DNA from: an uncultured Nitrospiraceae bacterium
GTDB taxonomy: Bacteria; Nitrospirota; Thermodesulfovibrionia; Thermodesulfovibrionales; UBA6898
Direction: 5' to 3'
NCBI GenBank assembly: GCA_963811165.1
Contig: CAWEQH010000008.1
Coordinates: forward strand, 1-64,000
Length of the DNA stretch: 64,000 bases
Positions within the stretch are counted from its first letter, which is position 1. Each line of letters begins with the position of its first letter. The notes below the pieces were generated by a model, which was not told the DNA's origin, made no database searches, and saw only the letters and a list, made by a program, of their open reading frames with translations. The position numbers were made by a program, and so were the translations under genes. Of the stretch, positions 54,925 to 64,000 are shown piece by piece.

Positions 54925-55692
54925 ATGAAAATATTCAGATTCATATCAGTCCTCGTCCTTGTGCTTTCCTTTTTTTCCTGTTCCGCAAAGCCGATCGTGA
55001 AGACCGATGAGCCGTTCGACGCGGAGAAATTTTTCACAAAAGCCAACAAGCTCATCGACGATAAACAATACAGCGAAGCGCGCACCGTTTTGCTCGAAGT
55101 AAAAAACAGAGACCTTACGAAAAAATTTGCCCCCCTTGCCCAGTTGAGGATCGCCGATTCCTATGTGAAGGAAGAAGAGACCGAACTCGCCGTAGCCGAA
55201 TACAGGAAGTTCATCGAGATGTATCCTGATCACAGGAATGCCCCGTACGCGCAGTACCAGATCGCGATGGTGTATTTCAATCAGATCGAAAGCCCCGAAA
55301 GGGGGTACAGCGGTGCGGCCAGCGCCCTTGCCGAATTCGAAAAACTAAAGCGTAATTTCCCCAGGAACCCTTACAAGGAACTGATCGAGATAAGGATTGA
55401 GAAGTGCCGCAACGTCATGGCGGATTACGAATTTCTCGTGGGGGAATTTTATATGAAGAAAGGCTCCTACGCCCCGGCGATCGACCGGTTCGAGGGGTTG
55501 TTGAAAAACTTTCCGGATTACAAGAAACAGGAGAAGGTCCTGATGGACCTTGCACTGTCCTATAAGAAAACCGGCCAGAAGGAAAAATCCGTGGAAAGGC
55601 TAAAGAGTATTATCGAAAAGTACCCCAGCAGCCCTGTCACCTCTGATGCCAAGAAAGAACTTTCCTCTATCCAGGCCGGGAACAAAAAGTAA
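54925..55692 (+). CDS. bamD: Outer membrane assembly lipoprotein BamD
   Basis: Lipobox, TPRs, FIEMYPDH..APYAQY. Confidence 0.85.
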   Translation: MKIFRFISVLVLVLSFFSCSAKPIVKTDEPFDAEKFFTKANKLIDDKQYSEARTVLLEVKNRDLTKKFAPLAQLRIADSYVKEEETELAVAEYRKFIEMYPDHRNAPYAQYQIAMVYFNQIESPERGYSGAASALAEFEKLKRNFPRNPYKELIEIRIEKCRNVMADYEFLVGEFYMKKGSYAPAIDRFEGLLKNFPDYKKQEKVLMDLALSYKKTGQKEKSVERLKSIIEKYPSSPVTSDAKKELSSIQAGNKK

Positions 55693-55707
55693 CGCGGCGC
55701 CCGGCCG

Positions 55708-56343
55708 GTGAATTACTATCCCGTATTCCTTAACCTAAACGGCAAGAAAGCGGTTGTCGTGGGAGGCGGGAAAGTCGCACAGAGAAAGGTAATCTCTCTC
55801 CTTGATGCAGGGGCGGATGTTACGGTAATAAGTCCTTCTCTTACGAGTGAACTCCGAAAGGCCCTCGTGGGGGGGAAGATACGACATATTCCCCGCTTTT
55901 ACAGGAAGAATGATTTAAAAGGTGCTTTCCTCGTGATCGCCGCTACCGATTCTGCCGAAACGAACAGGAAGGTCTCAAAGGGCGCGCCTGCCCTGGTCAA
56001 CGTGGTGGATGTACCCGCAGAATGCAATTTTATCACGCCCTCTGTTGTCAGAAGGGGACAGCTTCTTATCGCGATATCGACAGGCGGGGCGAGCCCGGCA
56101 TTTTCGAGGGCCCTCCGGAAGGACCTTCAGATGCGGTACGGTCCCGAGTTTTCAGGGTATCTGAAATTTGTGAAACAGATCAGGGCGAAGGCCATGGCAA
56201 CAATCCCCCAAGGGCACGGCAGGGAGCGGTTCCTCAAGGGGCTCGCTTCGGAGGATACCATAAAGGCACTCCGGAGTCGGGGTGTCGACGCGGTAAAGAA
56301 GACGGTTATAGGCAGGCTCGAGAAGTTGGCACGGACCACCTGA
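55708..56343 (+). CDS. Precorrin-2 dehydrogenase / sirohydrochlorin ferrochelatase
   Basis: YYPVFLNL, VGGGKVA, AISTGGASP. Confidence 0.9.
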   Translation: MNYYPVFLNLNGKKAVVVGGGKVAQRKVISLLDAGADVTVISPSLTSELRKALVGGKIRHIPRFYRKNDLKGAFLVIAATDSAETNRKVSKGAPALVNVVDVPAECNFITPSVVRRGQLLIAISTGGASPAFSRALRKDLQMRYGPEFSGYLKFVKQIRAKAMATIPQGHGRERFLKGLASEDTIKALRSRGVDAVKKTVIGRLEKLARTT

Positions 56344-56479
56344 GTGGCATAGCGAGGCCGCTCGAATGCGTCACCTCGCAAAGGTGATGATGGATTCTGC
56401 AATAAAGTGCGTTCTTGAAAAAAAACGAAGGGTATGGTAATCTTTTAAACTTACACAGCCCGCATTTTACGGGTTGAAA

Positions 56480-56565
56480 ATTCACACGCCGGCTACAGTC
56501 CTGCCATATGGTCCCGAAACGGGTTGGCAGTGCAGGCGGAGGAAAAACCACAGGAGGCATATACA
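56480..56565 (+). promoter_or_regulatory. rpsB 5' leader (putative S2 autoregulatory RNA)
   Basis: Position; CACAC...GGAGG motifs and a CTGCCA/TGGCAG stem with a CCCGAAACGGG hairpin. Confidence 0.45.
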
Positions 56566-57330
56566 ATGGTAGTTTCAATGAAAGAGTTGCTTGAGGCCGG
56601 GGTGCATTTCGGCCATCAGGTAAAGCGCTGGAACCCGAAGATGAAGAAGTATATCTTCGGCGAAAGAAACGGTATCTACATCATCGATCTTCAAAAGACC
56701 CTCAAAGGCCTGGAGGAGGCGTATAATTTCGTGCGGGAGGTTGCCGCTACGGGCGCAGAGGTGCTTTTTGTCGGCACGAAGAAACAGGCCCAGGACGCGG
56801 TCATGGAGGAAGCCAACAGGGCATCGGTGCATTACGTCAACCAAAGATGGCTCGGCGGCATGATGACAAATTTTACGACGGTAAAGAAGAGTATAGAAAG
56901 ACTGAAAAAGATAGAGGCGATGAAGGAGGACGGGACGATGCAGCTCCTGCCCAAAAGGGAAGCCTCGGCCATTGAGAAGGAAAGGGCCAAGCTCGATAAG
57001 AACCTCTCGGGCATAAAGCCTATGAAAGAGCTGCCCGGGGTGATGTTCGTCATCGACCCCAAGAAAGAGAGGATCGGGATAGCGGAGGCAAGGAAATTGT
57101 CGATACCGATAGTGGCGGTGGTGGATACGAATTGCGACCCCGATGAGATTGATTATGTAATACCGGGCAACGACGACGCCATCAGGGCGATAAAGCTCCT
57201 TACGTCAAAGATCGCCAATGCGGTCCTCGAGGGGCGGGCGGTGCTCAACAAGGAGTCCCAGCAGGAGGCTGAAAAGGCCCAGGTCGCAGAGAAGATCCAG
57301 GCTGAAGAGGCCCAGGAGGTGACGGAATGA
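56566..57330 (+). CDS. rpsB: 30S ribosomal protein S2
   Basis: [23 protein letters not shown]. Confidence 0.97.
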   Translation: MVVSMKELLEAGVHFGHQVKRWNPKMKKYIFGERNGIYIIDLQKTLKGLEEAYNFVREVAATGAEVLFVGTKKQAQDAVMEEANRASVHYVNQRWLGGMMTNFTTVKKSIERLKKIEAMKEDGTMQLLPKREASAIEKERAKLDKNLSGIKPMKELPGVMFVIDPKKERIGIAEARKLSIPIVAVVDTNCDPDEIDYVIPGNDDAIRAIKLLTSKIANAVLEGRAVLNKESQQEAEKAQVAEKIQAEEAQEVTE

Positions 57331-57941
57331 CGACGATATCGGCCGACGCAGTAAGGGACCTCAGGGAAAAGACCGGCGCCGGCATGATGGAATGCAAGAA
57401 AGCGCTGGTCGAAAGCAGCGGAGATTTTGAAAAGGCGATAGACCTGCTCAGACAGAGGGGCCTGGCGACGGCCGCGAAAAAGGCCGGAAGGACCGCCTCC
57501 CAGGGATTAATCGGTTCTTACATACACATGGACAAGATCGGCGTAATGATCGAGGTCAACTGTGAAACGGATTTTGTGGCAAGAACGGATGATTTTAAGG
57601 AACTGGTGAAGGACCTGGCCATGCAGGTTGCCGCAGCAAACCCGGCCTATCTTTCAAGGGAGGAAGTCCCTCAGGACGTCATCGAGCGCGAGAAGGAGAT
57701 ATACCGCGCACAGGTGACGAACAAGCCGCCTCAGGTGGTCGAAAAGATAGTCGAGGGGAAGCTTGAGAAGTTTTTTTCCGATACCTGCCTGGTGGACCAG
57801 ATATTTGTGAAAGACCCCGACAAGAAGGTGAAGGACGTCATCACAGAAAAAGTATCAAAGGTCGGTGAGAATATAGTGGTGAGGCGGTTTGTGAGATATC
57901 AGCTCGGGGAGACCCAGCCTTCGGAGTCCAAGAGCTGCTGA
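57327..57941 (+). CDS. tsf: Elongation factor Ts
   Basis: [26 protein letters not shown]. Confidence 0.97.
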   Translation: MTTISADAVRDLREKTGAGMMECKKALVESSGDFEKAIDLLRQRGLATAAKKAGRTASQGLIGSYIHMDKIGVMIEVNCETDFVARTDDFKELVKDLAMQVAAANPAYLSREEVPQDVIEREKEIYRAQVTNKPPQVVEKIVEGKLEKFFSDTCLVDQIFVKDPDKKVKDVITEKVSKVGENIVVRRFVRYQLGETQPSESKSC

Positions 57942-57947
57942 GGAGAT

Positions 57948-58694
57948 ATGCCCCATAAATATCAGAGGATACTCCTTAAGTTAAGCGGTGAGGCCCTTAT
58001 GGGTAACAGGGGATACGGTATCGACGCCGCCACTGTTGACTTTATGGCGAAGGAGATCAAGGACGTGGCCTCGATGGGTGTCCAGATATCCATAGTCATC
58101 GGCGGGGGCAATATCTTCAGGGGCGTACAGGGAAGCCTTGAGGGCATGGAGCGGGCTTCGGCGGACTATATGGGAATGCTTGCGACGGTGATCAATGCAC
58201 TGGCCCTTCAAAATGCGCTTGAAAAATACGACCTCCCAACGAGGGTGCAATCTGCAATCGAGATGCAGGAACTCGCCGAACCCTATATCAGGAGGAAGGC
58301 GATGCGGCATCTTGAAAAAGGGAGGATAGTCATCTTCGCTGCAGGTACCGGAAACCCCTATTTTACGACGGACACCGCCGCGGCCTTGAGGGCGATGGAG
58401 ATCGGGGCGCAGGTCATCCTCAAAGGGACGAAGGTGGACGGTGTATATTCTTCGGACCCGGTGAAGGACCCCAAGGCCAAAAAGTACTCCGAGCTTACCT
58501 ACATGGAAGTGCTCAAGAAGGGCCTCGGGGTAATGGATTCGACTGCCGTTACTTTATGTATGGACAACAACCTCCCTATTGTGGTATTTAATTTAAAAGG
58601 GAAGGGAAATATACGGAAGGTCGTTGAGGGAAAGAAAGTCGGGACAATAGTCAGGGGGAATGATGCAGCAGGAGCTAAGAAAAAAGACAGTTGA
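57948..58694 (+). CDS. pyrH: UMP kinase
   Basis: [22 protein letters not shown]. Confidence 0.97.
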   Translation: MPHKYQRILLKLSGEALMGNRGYGIDAATVDFMAKEIKDVASMGVQISIVIGGGNIFRGVQGSLEGMERASADYMGMLATVINALALQNALEKYDLPTRVQSAIEMQELAEPYIRRKAMRHLEKGRIVIFAAGTGNPYFTTDTAAALRAMEIGAQVILKGTKVDGVYSSDPVKDPKAKKYSELTYMEVLKKGLGVMDSTAVTLCMDNNLPIVVFNLKGKGNIRKVVEGKKVGTIVRGNDAAGAKKKDS

Positions 58695-59220
58695 TCGTAT
58701 GCACGGCGCGCTCGAGGCGCTAAAGAAGGACTTAGGTTCCATACGGACCGGGAGGGCGAGTCTTGCACTTCTGGACGGAATGACGATCGATTATTACGGC
58801 ACCCCGACGCCGCTGCAACAACTTGCGAGTCTGAGCATCCCCGAAAGCAGACAGATAGCGATCCAGCCGTGGGAAAGCAAGATAATCCCCGATATAGAGA
58901 AGGCCATTCTTAAGTCCGACCTGGGGCTTACCCCGATGAACGACGGCAAGCTCATCAGGATTACGATCCCTGTCCTTACCGAGGAAAGAAGGAAACAGCT
59001 CGTGAAGGTGGTGAAGAAGAGGTCCGAAGAGGCCAAGGTGGCCGTCCGCAACATACGGAGAGAATCGAACGAGGAGCTTAAGAAGTTTGAAAAAGAAAAA
59101 CACCTTTCCGAAGATGATGTGAAAAAGGAACAGGAAGAGATACAAAAGATTACCGATGCAAATATAAAGAAGGTAGATGAGATCCTGGAACACAAGGAAA
59201 AAGAGATAATGGAGGTTTAG
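58660..59220 (+). CDS. frr: Ribosome recycling factor
   Basis: [22 protein letters not shown]. Confidence 0.97.
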   Translation: MMQQELRKKTVDRMHGALEALKKDLGSIRTGRASLALLDGMTIDYYGTPTPLQQLASLSIPESRQIAIQPWESKIIPDIEKAILKSDLGLTPMNDGKLIRITIPVLTEERRKQLVKVVKKRSEEAKVAVRNIRRESNEELKKFEKEKHLSEDDVKKEQEEIQKITDANIKKVDEILEHKEKEIMEV

Positions 59221-59222
59221 CA

Positions 59223-59360
59223 ATGAACAGCAACTTTATGCTCAAGGTGGAAGACGCAAAGCTTCCCGATATCCAGAAGGCCCTTCAGCAGGCCGGCATC
59301 AAAGTCAGGAGCATCATAGAAGTCTTCAAAGAGGAACCCAAAAAAGAAGAAGCGAAATAA
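59223..59360 (+). CDS. Small protein, 45 aa
   Basis: GGAGG RBS; MNSNFMLKVEDAKLPDIQKALQQAGIKVRSIIEVFKEEPKKEEAK*; fills the frr-dksA gap exactly. Confidence 0.65.
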   Translation: MNSNFMLKVEDAKLPDIQKALQQAGIKVRSIIEVFKEEPKKEEAK

Positions 59361-60034
59361 TGGCCGAAAAGAAAAAGAAGACAGTTCCTTCAAAAAAGCG
59401 GGCGACAAGACCCGGCGCCGTAAAAGCGCCTAAGAAAAAAACAGGCGTTGTTGGAGCCGCCAAAGGGAAGACATCCAGCCGTCCAAAGTTGACGAAGCCG
59501 GCTTCAAAGCCGGTAACGAAAAAGACGGCATCAAGCAGGAAGCCCGCTGCAAAAAAGGTGTCGGCGCTCAAAAAGACGCCTCTAAAGGCGAAAGTAGCGG
59601 CGAAAACGAAACCCAAAAAAGTTTCGAAAACTCCCAAGGCTATAGACGCCCTGAAGAATATCAAACAGGCCCTGATAAAGAGAAGGGAAGCTATCGTAAA
59701 AGAGGCAAAAGACGAGATCGCCAAATATATAAGCGGCGAGAACCGGCAGCTTGTAGATACCGCTTTGGACGATGGGGACTGGGCGGTGGTCGACATCTCC
59801 GAAGACATTAACCTAAGGAGACTCGCTACGCACCGGACGGCCCTTCACGACATCGACGAAGCACTGAGAAAGATAGAAGAGGGTTCCTACGGAATATGCG
59901 AAGAGTGCGGGGAACCGATAGGCGAAAAGAGATTAAGTGTCCTTCCTGCCGCGACACTCTGTGTCATCTGCCAGGGGAACAAGGAGCGGCTCGAAGCCAT
60001 AGAGAACGCGGCGCCTCTTCGGCCTTCTTCCTGA
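59360..60034 (+). CDS. dksA: DksA/TraR family protein with Lys/Ala-rich N-terminus
   Basis: DxxDxA (DDGDWA), YGICEECG...CVIC. Confidence 0.8.
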   Translation: MAEKKKKTVPSKKRATRPGAVKAPKKKTGVVGAAKGKTSSRPKLTKPASKPVTKKTASSRKPAAKKVSALKKTPLKAKVAAKTKPKKVSKTPKAIDALKNIKQALIKRREAIVKEAKDEIAKYISGENRQLVDTALDDGDWAVVDISEDINLRRLATHRTALHDIDEALRKIEEGSYGICEECGEPIGEKRLSVLPAATLCVICQGNKERLEAIENAAPLRPSS

Positions 60035-60141
60035 AATTCACACAAGCTGCACTTTCTCATTATCCTTTTCTGTTCCAAACCTCTTGGTTTCTCCCACTAC
60101 GGGCTTAGACTGTTTGCCCTGCGGTTTTCTTAGGATTATCG

Positions 60142-60336
60142 GGTAGTGTCCTAATTTGCCTCGATCAAATCCCAAACCGACCAAAGATGATCCGTGACAC
60201 CCGCAGCCATCGCAGGAGTCATCCCGAGACTGCCATGAATCCTCACAAAGTTATAGTGTGCCCAATGCAGGGCGACCGCAGCCTTTAAATTGTCCAGCTT
60301 CTTGCTGAAAGCATGTGTAAGACGTGTAAAGCGCTT
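60142..60336 (-). mobile_element. IS1-family transposase C-terminal remnant
   Basis: KRFTRLTHAFSKKLDNLKAAVALHWAHYNFVRIHGSLGMTPAMAAGVTDHLWS...*; no 5' part. Confidence 0.75.
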
Positions 60337-60454
60337 CTAGACCTCCCCGAAAGGTCCGCAGCCCCGAATCGGATGAGGACGTTCTCTACGCGACCCATTG
60401 ACTAATCCCCCTTTTGCCCTACAATGAGAATAAAAACCAGTCTGGAGGTGTGTT

Positions 60455-60853
60455 ATGGCAAAGGCAACGAAGGAAAGACTCCTAAGCTTCAGCATGCAGG
60501 ACAAACCCGGTCTGCTCTCTGAGATCACCACAAGGCTTTCGAAGGCGAAGGTGAACATCTCTGCGATCTGCGCATATGCGTGGGACGACACGGCTTACTT
60601 TGACATGACGACCGATAGTAACGCGAAGGCGAAGAAGGCCCTCAAGGACCTTAAATTAGAGTTCGAGGAAGAGGATGTCGTCGTGGTAGAGATGCCTGAC
60701 AAGGCCGGGGAGCTCGATAAGGTGGCAAAGGCGATCTCCGCCGCCGGGATCAACATCGGCTATATGTACGGAACTACTTCGGCCGGGAAGACTTCGAAGT
60801 GCCTGTTTAGCACATCCGACAACAGGAAGGCCCTGAAGCTGATCAACAAGTAG
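60455..60853 (+). CDS. Tandem ACT-domain protein
   Basis: DKPGLL...NI and DKAGEL...NI. Confidence 0.85.
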   Translation: MAKATKERLLSFSMQDKPGLLSEITTRLSKAKVNISAICAYAWDDTAYFDMTTDSNAKAKKALKDLKLEFEEEDVVVVEMPDKAGELDKVAKAISAAGINIGYMYGTTSAGKTSKCLFSTSDNRKALKLINK

Positions 60854-60890
60854 GGCAATAAAGCATGTGAAGGAAGATTAGCTCCCACAC

Positions 60891-61859
60891 TTACGGCGGG
60901 TCGATCTGGTTGATGCACCTGCCGTAAACTTCCGAGAGAATCTTGTCCGCACCTTTCGTCAGCAGGTCCTCGGCAAGTTTTGTACCGAGGGCTTTTGCGT
61001 CTTCGGGTCTGCCTTCCACTTGAGACCTGATGATCCTGTCGCCCGAAACGCTCCCCACGAGTCCGTCCATGACCATTTTCCTCTCGATCAGCCTTGCATG
61101 GGCAGCTATCGGCACCTGACAGCCGCCTTCGAGTCTCCTCAAGCAGGCCCTTTCCCCCCTGACGCATATTTCTGTCTCATAGTGATTTAGCGCAGAGATG
61201 AGGTCGTTAATAAACTTGTCGTCGGTCCTGCATTCGATCCCGACAGCTCCTTGTCCTATGGCTGGAAGACTTGTCTCCGGGGAAAGGATTTGCGTAATCC
61301 GTTCAGCCCATCCGAGTCTCTTTACGCCCGCAGCCGCAAGGATGATCGCATCGAATTGACCCTCGTCCAATTTCCTTAGCCTTGTGTCGAGGTTGCCCCT
61401 AAGTTGCATCACCTTAAGGTCAGGTCTTGCGTTAAGGAGCTGGCATGACCGCCTGAGACTGCTTGTTCCGACAGAGGCACCCTCCGGCAGCTGTTCGAAA
61501 TTCGGGACCCTAAACGTTGCTCCCTGCATTTGAGATAAAAAGGCATCGCGAGGGTCTTCGCGCCTGCATATTGCCGCAAGATGTAGCCCTTCGGGAAACT
61601 CCGTCGGCACGTCTTTCATGCTGTGCACGGCAAGGTCAGCCCCGCCGCTTAGAAGCGCCTCTTCTATCTCCTTTACGAAAAGACCCTTGCCGCCGACCTG
61701 GGCCAGCGGTACGTCGAGGATCTTATCGCCGGTGGTCTTTATCTTGTTCAGTTCTATTTCGAGTGCCGGGTTGATCCTCTTTAACTCAGACTTCACCCAC
61801 TCGGCCTGCCAAAGCGCTAGCTTGCTGCCGCGGGTTCCTATGATGACTTTATCTTTCAT
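60891..61859 (-). CDS. hemC: Hydroxymethylbilane synthase
   Basis: IGTRGSKLALWQ, VHSMKD, LEGGCQVP. Confidence 0.97.
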   Translation of the reverse strand: MKDKVIIGTRGSKLALWQAEWVKSELKRINPALEIELNKIKTTGDKILDVPLAQVGGKGLFVKEIEEALLSGGADLAVHSMKDVPTEFPEGLHLAAICRREDPRDAFLSQMQGATFRVPNFEQLPEGASVGTSSLRRSCQLLNARPDLKVMQLRGNLDTRLRKLDEGQFDAIILAAAGVKRLGWAERITQILSPETSLPAIGQGAVGIECRTDDKFINDLISALNHYETEICVRGERACLRRLEGGCQVPIAAHARLIERKMVMDGLVGSVSGDRIIRSQVEGRPEDAKALGTKLAEDLLTKGADKILSEVYGRCINQIDPP

Positions 61860-62000
61860 GACCGTACATCGCCTCCCATCGTTTCAAAGCCCACTATTTT
61901 ACCTTTTTCTCCCAGAGGAAATAAAATCCGTGCAGGGAAGACTGGTAGTGGCCAAGGCCACTACCCAATGAATTACAATAAACAGGCCGGAGGAGACGGA

Positions 62001-63029
62001 CTATGTCTCGCTTTTATTCTTCGGCCCCGGGGCCCGCTCTTTTTCCCGCTTCATCCGGACTGCGCTGTCGAGGCGGGTAAGAACTCTTCTGGCCCCCGCG
62101 AAATGATTTCTGAAGTGCTCGTCTGAAAGACTGCTCACGGCAACGCCTTTTTTTCCTCTGCTGGAATGGATAAAGTTCCCATTGCCTATATAGATGCCTA
62201 CATGGGTTATCCTATTGGCCTTCTCCGACTTAAAAAAGACCAGGTCCCCGGCCCTAAGCTCGGTAATCGGCACATCAAGCCCTTCCTCCGCCTGCAGATA
62301 AGAGTCTCTCTTAAGGTATATTCCGTTTAGGCGAAACGCGGTATATACAAACCCTGAACAATCCATGCCGCCGGTGGTGATCCCGCCCCATTTATAATCT
62401 GAGCCGTGAAATTTGGATGCCTGCAATATGTCTTCGGCCGTGACTTCTTTCCCGATGCGCTCGCTTTCCATCCACGCAGCCTCCAGGGGGAGATATCCTG
62501 TGGAGCCATCCGGGACGACCACTTCATATCGCCTGTTGTCCTTATTTAAGAGAGGGAGCCGCGTGCCGGCATATACGTTGATAAAAGAGCCGTCCCTGAA
62601 GGTGATCCTCGCCTTTGCGTTTTTTACTTCGACAAAGGTCTTATCTTTCCCCGGAGAACTGATAGGCGATGAAAAAGAGATGTTCTCCTTTTTTATCCAT
62701 CCGCGATACCCTTTCTGAGACGGGATGTACCCATAGGCCCAGTCCTTGTCTTCTTTTATCACCGTGAACTCGTCTCCCAGGAGGACTTCGGTTATCCGTT
62801 CGGATCCCTGTGAATTTCTGGAAAAGACGTCTGAACTGGGGATGCTGACGATCGCCGACCTTTCCTTGTAACTGCCTGCCTTTCCCGCATCCACGGCCTT
62901 TTCCACCTTCTTCTTGGCATATTTCGCCTTGTGAGACGGCCTGCCGGCGGACGCAAACGAAGACCAGAGAAATACCGTCACCAGGCAAAGGAAAATGCAG
63001 TACGTCTTTCTCTGAATCCCCCTGATCAC
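62001..63029 (-). CDS. NlpC/P60 peptidase with SH3 domains
   Basis: YKWGG...DCSG, GDLVFF, HVGIY, FIHSS. Confidence 0.9.
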   Translation of the reverse strand: MIRGIQRKTYCIFLCLVTVFLWSSFASAGRPSHKAKYAKKKVEKAVDAGKAGSYKERSAIVSIPSSDVFSRNSQGSERITEVLLGDEFTVIKEDKDWAYGYIPSQKGYRGWIKKENISFSSPISSPGKDKTFVEVKNAKARITFRDGSFINVYAGTRLPLLNKDNRRYEVVVPDGSTGYLPLEAAWMESERIGKEVTAEDILQASKFHGSDYKWGGITTGGMDCSGFVYTAFRLNGIYLKRDSYLQAEEGLDVPITELRAGDLVFFKSEKANRITHVGIYIGNGNFIHSSRGKKGVAVSSLSDEHFRNHFAGARRVLTRLDSAVRMKREKERAPGPKNKSET

Positions 63030-64000
63030 GGCGTTCTCTCCCCGGAGCCTATCAGGAGCATGTCAGCCATCTCAATACCTTCCTCAAGCACCGGAGACGA
63101 AGGCACCTGTCTTAGCCCCTGCATATAGACCTCCTTCGCCTTCAGATACATCCCCAGAAAAAGATACATCCTCGCGAGCCTTTCATATACAAGGACTGTC
63201 TTAGGACTAAACGATATGGCCTCCTTATACATCTCGATCGCCTTTGAGGGCTCTTCTTTGCTTTCGTATATCTTTCCCAGCATTGTGCGGGCCTTTACCG
63301 CGTCAGGGTTTGTCCCGACGTACCTGATCAGTTTCGCCTCGGCAGTCAGATTGTCTCCGGCAATAAAAGCCCTTTCGCCTTCCCTGTAGAGATCAATATC
63401 AATGATCTGAACAAGCGCGTACCTGTTTTGGTCAATCTTGATGACGCCGCTTGTCTGTCCCTCCCGAAGTTTTGACAGCGCGTCCTGTAGGGATGCGTGA
63501 AGGGAGTCCACCTCGACTTCTCCGAGGTAGCCATATGTTTCCCGGGTCTTTTCATCGACGGACCTCTCCTTTGCAAGCAGTGCAAAAGGCCTTCCCTTCA
63601 TAAGCTCAGAGAGGATACCATGCGCGTCGGATTCCTTCTCTGTAAAGATTATCCTGATATGCATTTTCTTTTCATGCGTGTTTTTTGGAGTCTCGTTGCG
63701 AGAGGGCCTGTCCTTTGATGCCTCAGAAACCCGCATCTCCTTTTTAGGGGTATCCGCTTTCAGGGCTTGTTTTTTTTCTGCATCTGTCTGAGAGATTTCG
63801 CGCCCCCGCGTCTCAGCCCCTGCGGTTTCTTCTTTTGGGGTTTCGGCCTTGGCAGCGGCGAGACGTTTTTTCGTCTTCTCCAGAGCCGTCCTCAGAGACT
63901 TTGAATCCGGGAGATGATTGAGCCCGTCATCGTAAAGGTCCCTGGCCTGCTGCAACTGTCCCGCGCTAAGGTATAATGCACCCAAACGCAGATAGGCCTC
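63026..64000 (-). CDS. TPR plus parvulin-like PPIase protein (5' end outside window)
   Basis: FALLAKERSVD...GYLG; flanking TPRs. Confidence 0.7.
   Translation of the reverse strand, partial: EAYLRLGALYLSAGQLQQARDLYDDGLNHLPDSKSLRTALEKTKKRLAAAKAETPKEETAGAETRGREISQTDAEKKQALKADTPKKEMRVSEASKDRPSRNETPKNTHEKKMHIRIIFTEKESDAHGILSELMKGRPFALLAKERSVDEKTRETYGYLGEVEVDSLHASLQDALSKLREGQTSGVIKIDQNRYALVQIIDIDLYREGERAFIAGDNLTAEAKLIRYVGTNPDAVKARTMLGKIYESKEEPSKAIEMYKEAISFSPKTVLVYERLARMYLFLGMYLKAKEVYMQGLRQVPSSPVLEEGIEMADMLLIGSGERTP

Overview
Bacterial chromosome, probably a Nitrospirota/Thermodesulfovibrionia-like anaerobe (inferred from gene content). It has two parts. (1) Bases 1-21679 are the right end of a defence-type genomic island that ends in the 3' half of a tRNA-Arg(CCT). 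The island carries a DUF4209-like gene and a bacterial ubiquitination-like operon (HTH repressor, ImmA/IrrE peptidase, tandem hairpins, an unannotated 37-aa ORF, DUF2188, Ubl, E2-E1 fusion, DUF6527) under a perfect sigma70 promoter flanked by two palindromic operators. It also carries a GC-rich three-gene restriction-modification block bounded by integron attC-like sequences, a NERD nuclease, two diverged paralogues of one uncharacterised family, orphan HU and GroES, several HEPN-like genes, an internal tRNA-Leu att remnant, and a toxin-antitoxin pair between ~196-bp direct repeats. (2) Bases 21743-64000 are mostly housekeeping or metabolic genes: metB/thrC, a Tat-exported AKR-DUF362-polyferredoxin operon, csp, infC, comM, fsa, a sulfatase/phosphodiesterase cluster, larE, rng, a radical SAM gene, bamD, rpsB-tsf-pyrH-frr, dksA, hemC and NlpC/P60. 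This part also holds an IS1 remnant and a candidate sigma54-driven structured small RNA at about 34238-34448. Many genes, including conserved ones, carry single-base indels that look like long-read consensus errors, so frameshifts are not by themselves evidence of pseudogenes. Family names come from motif recognition, not database searches.
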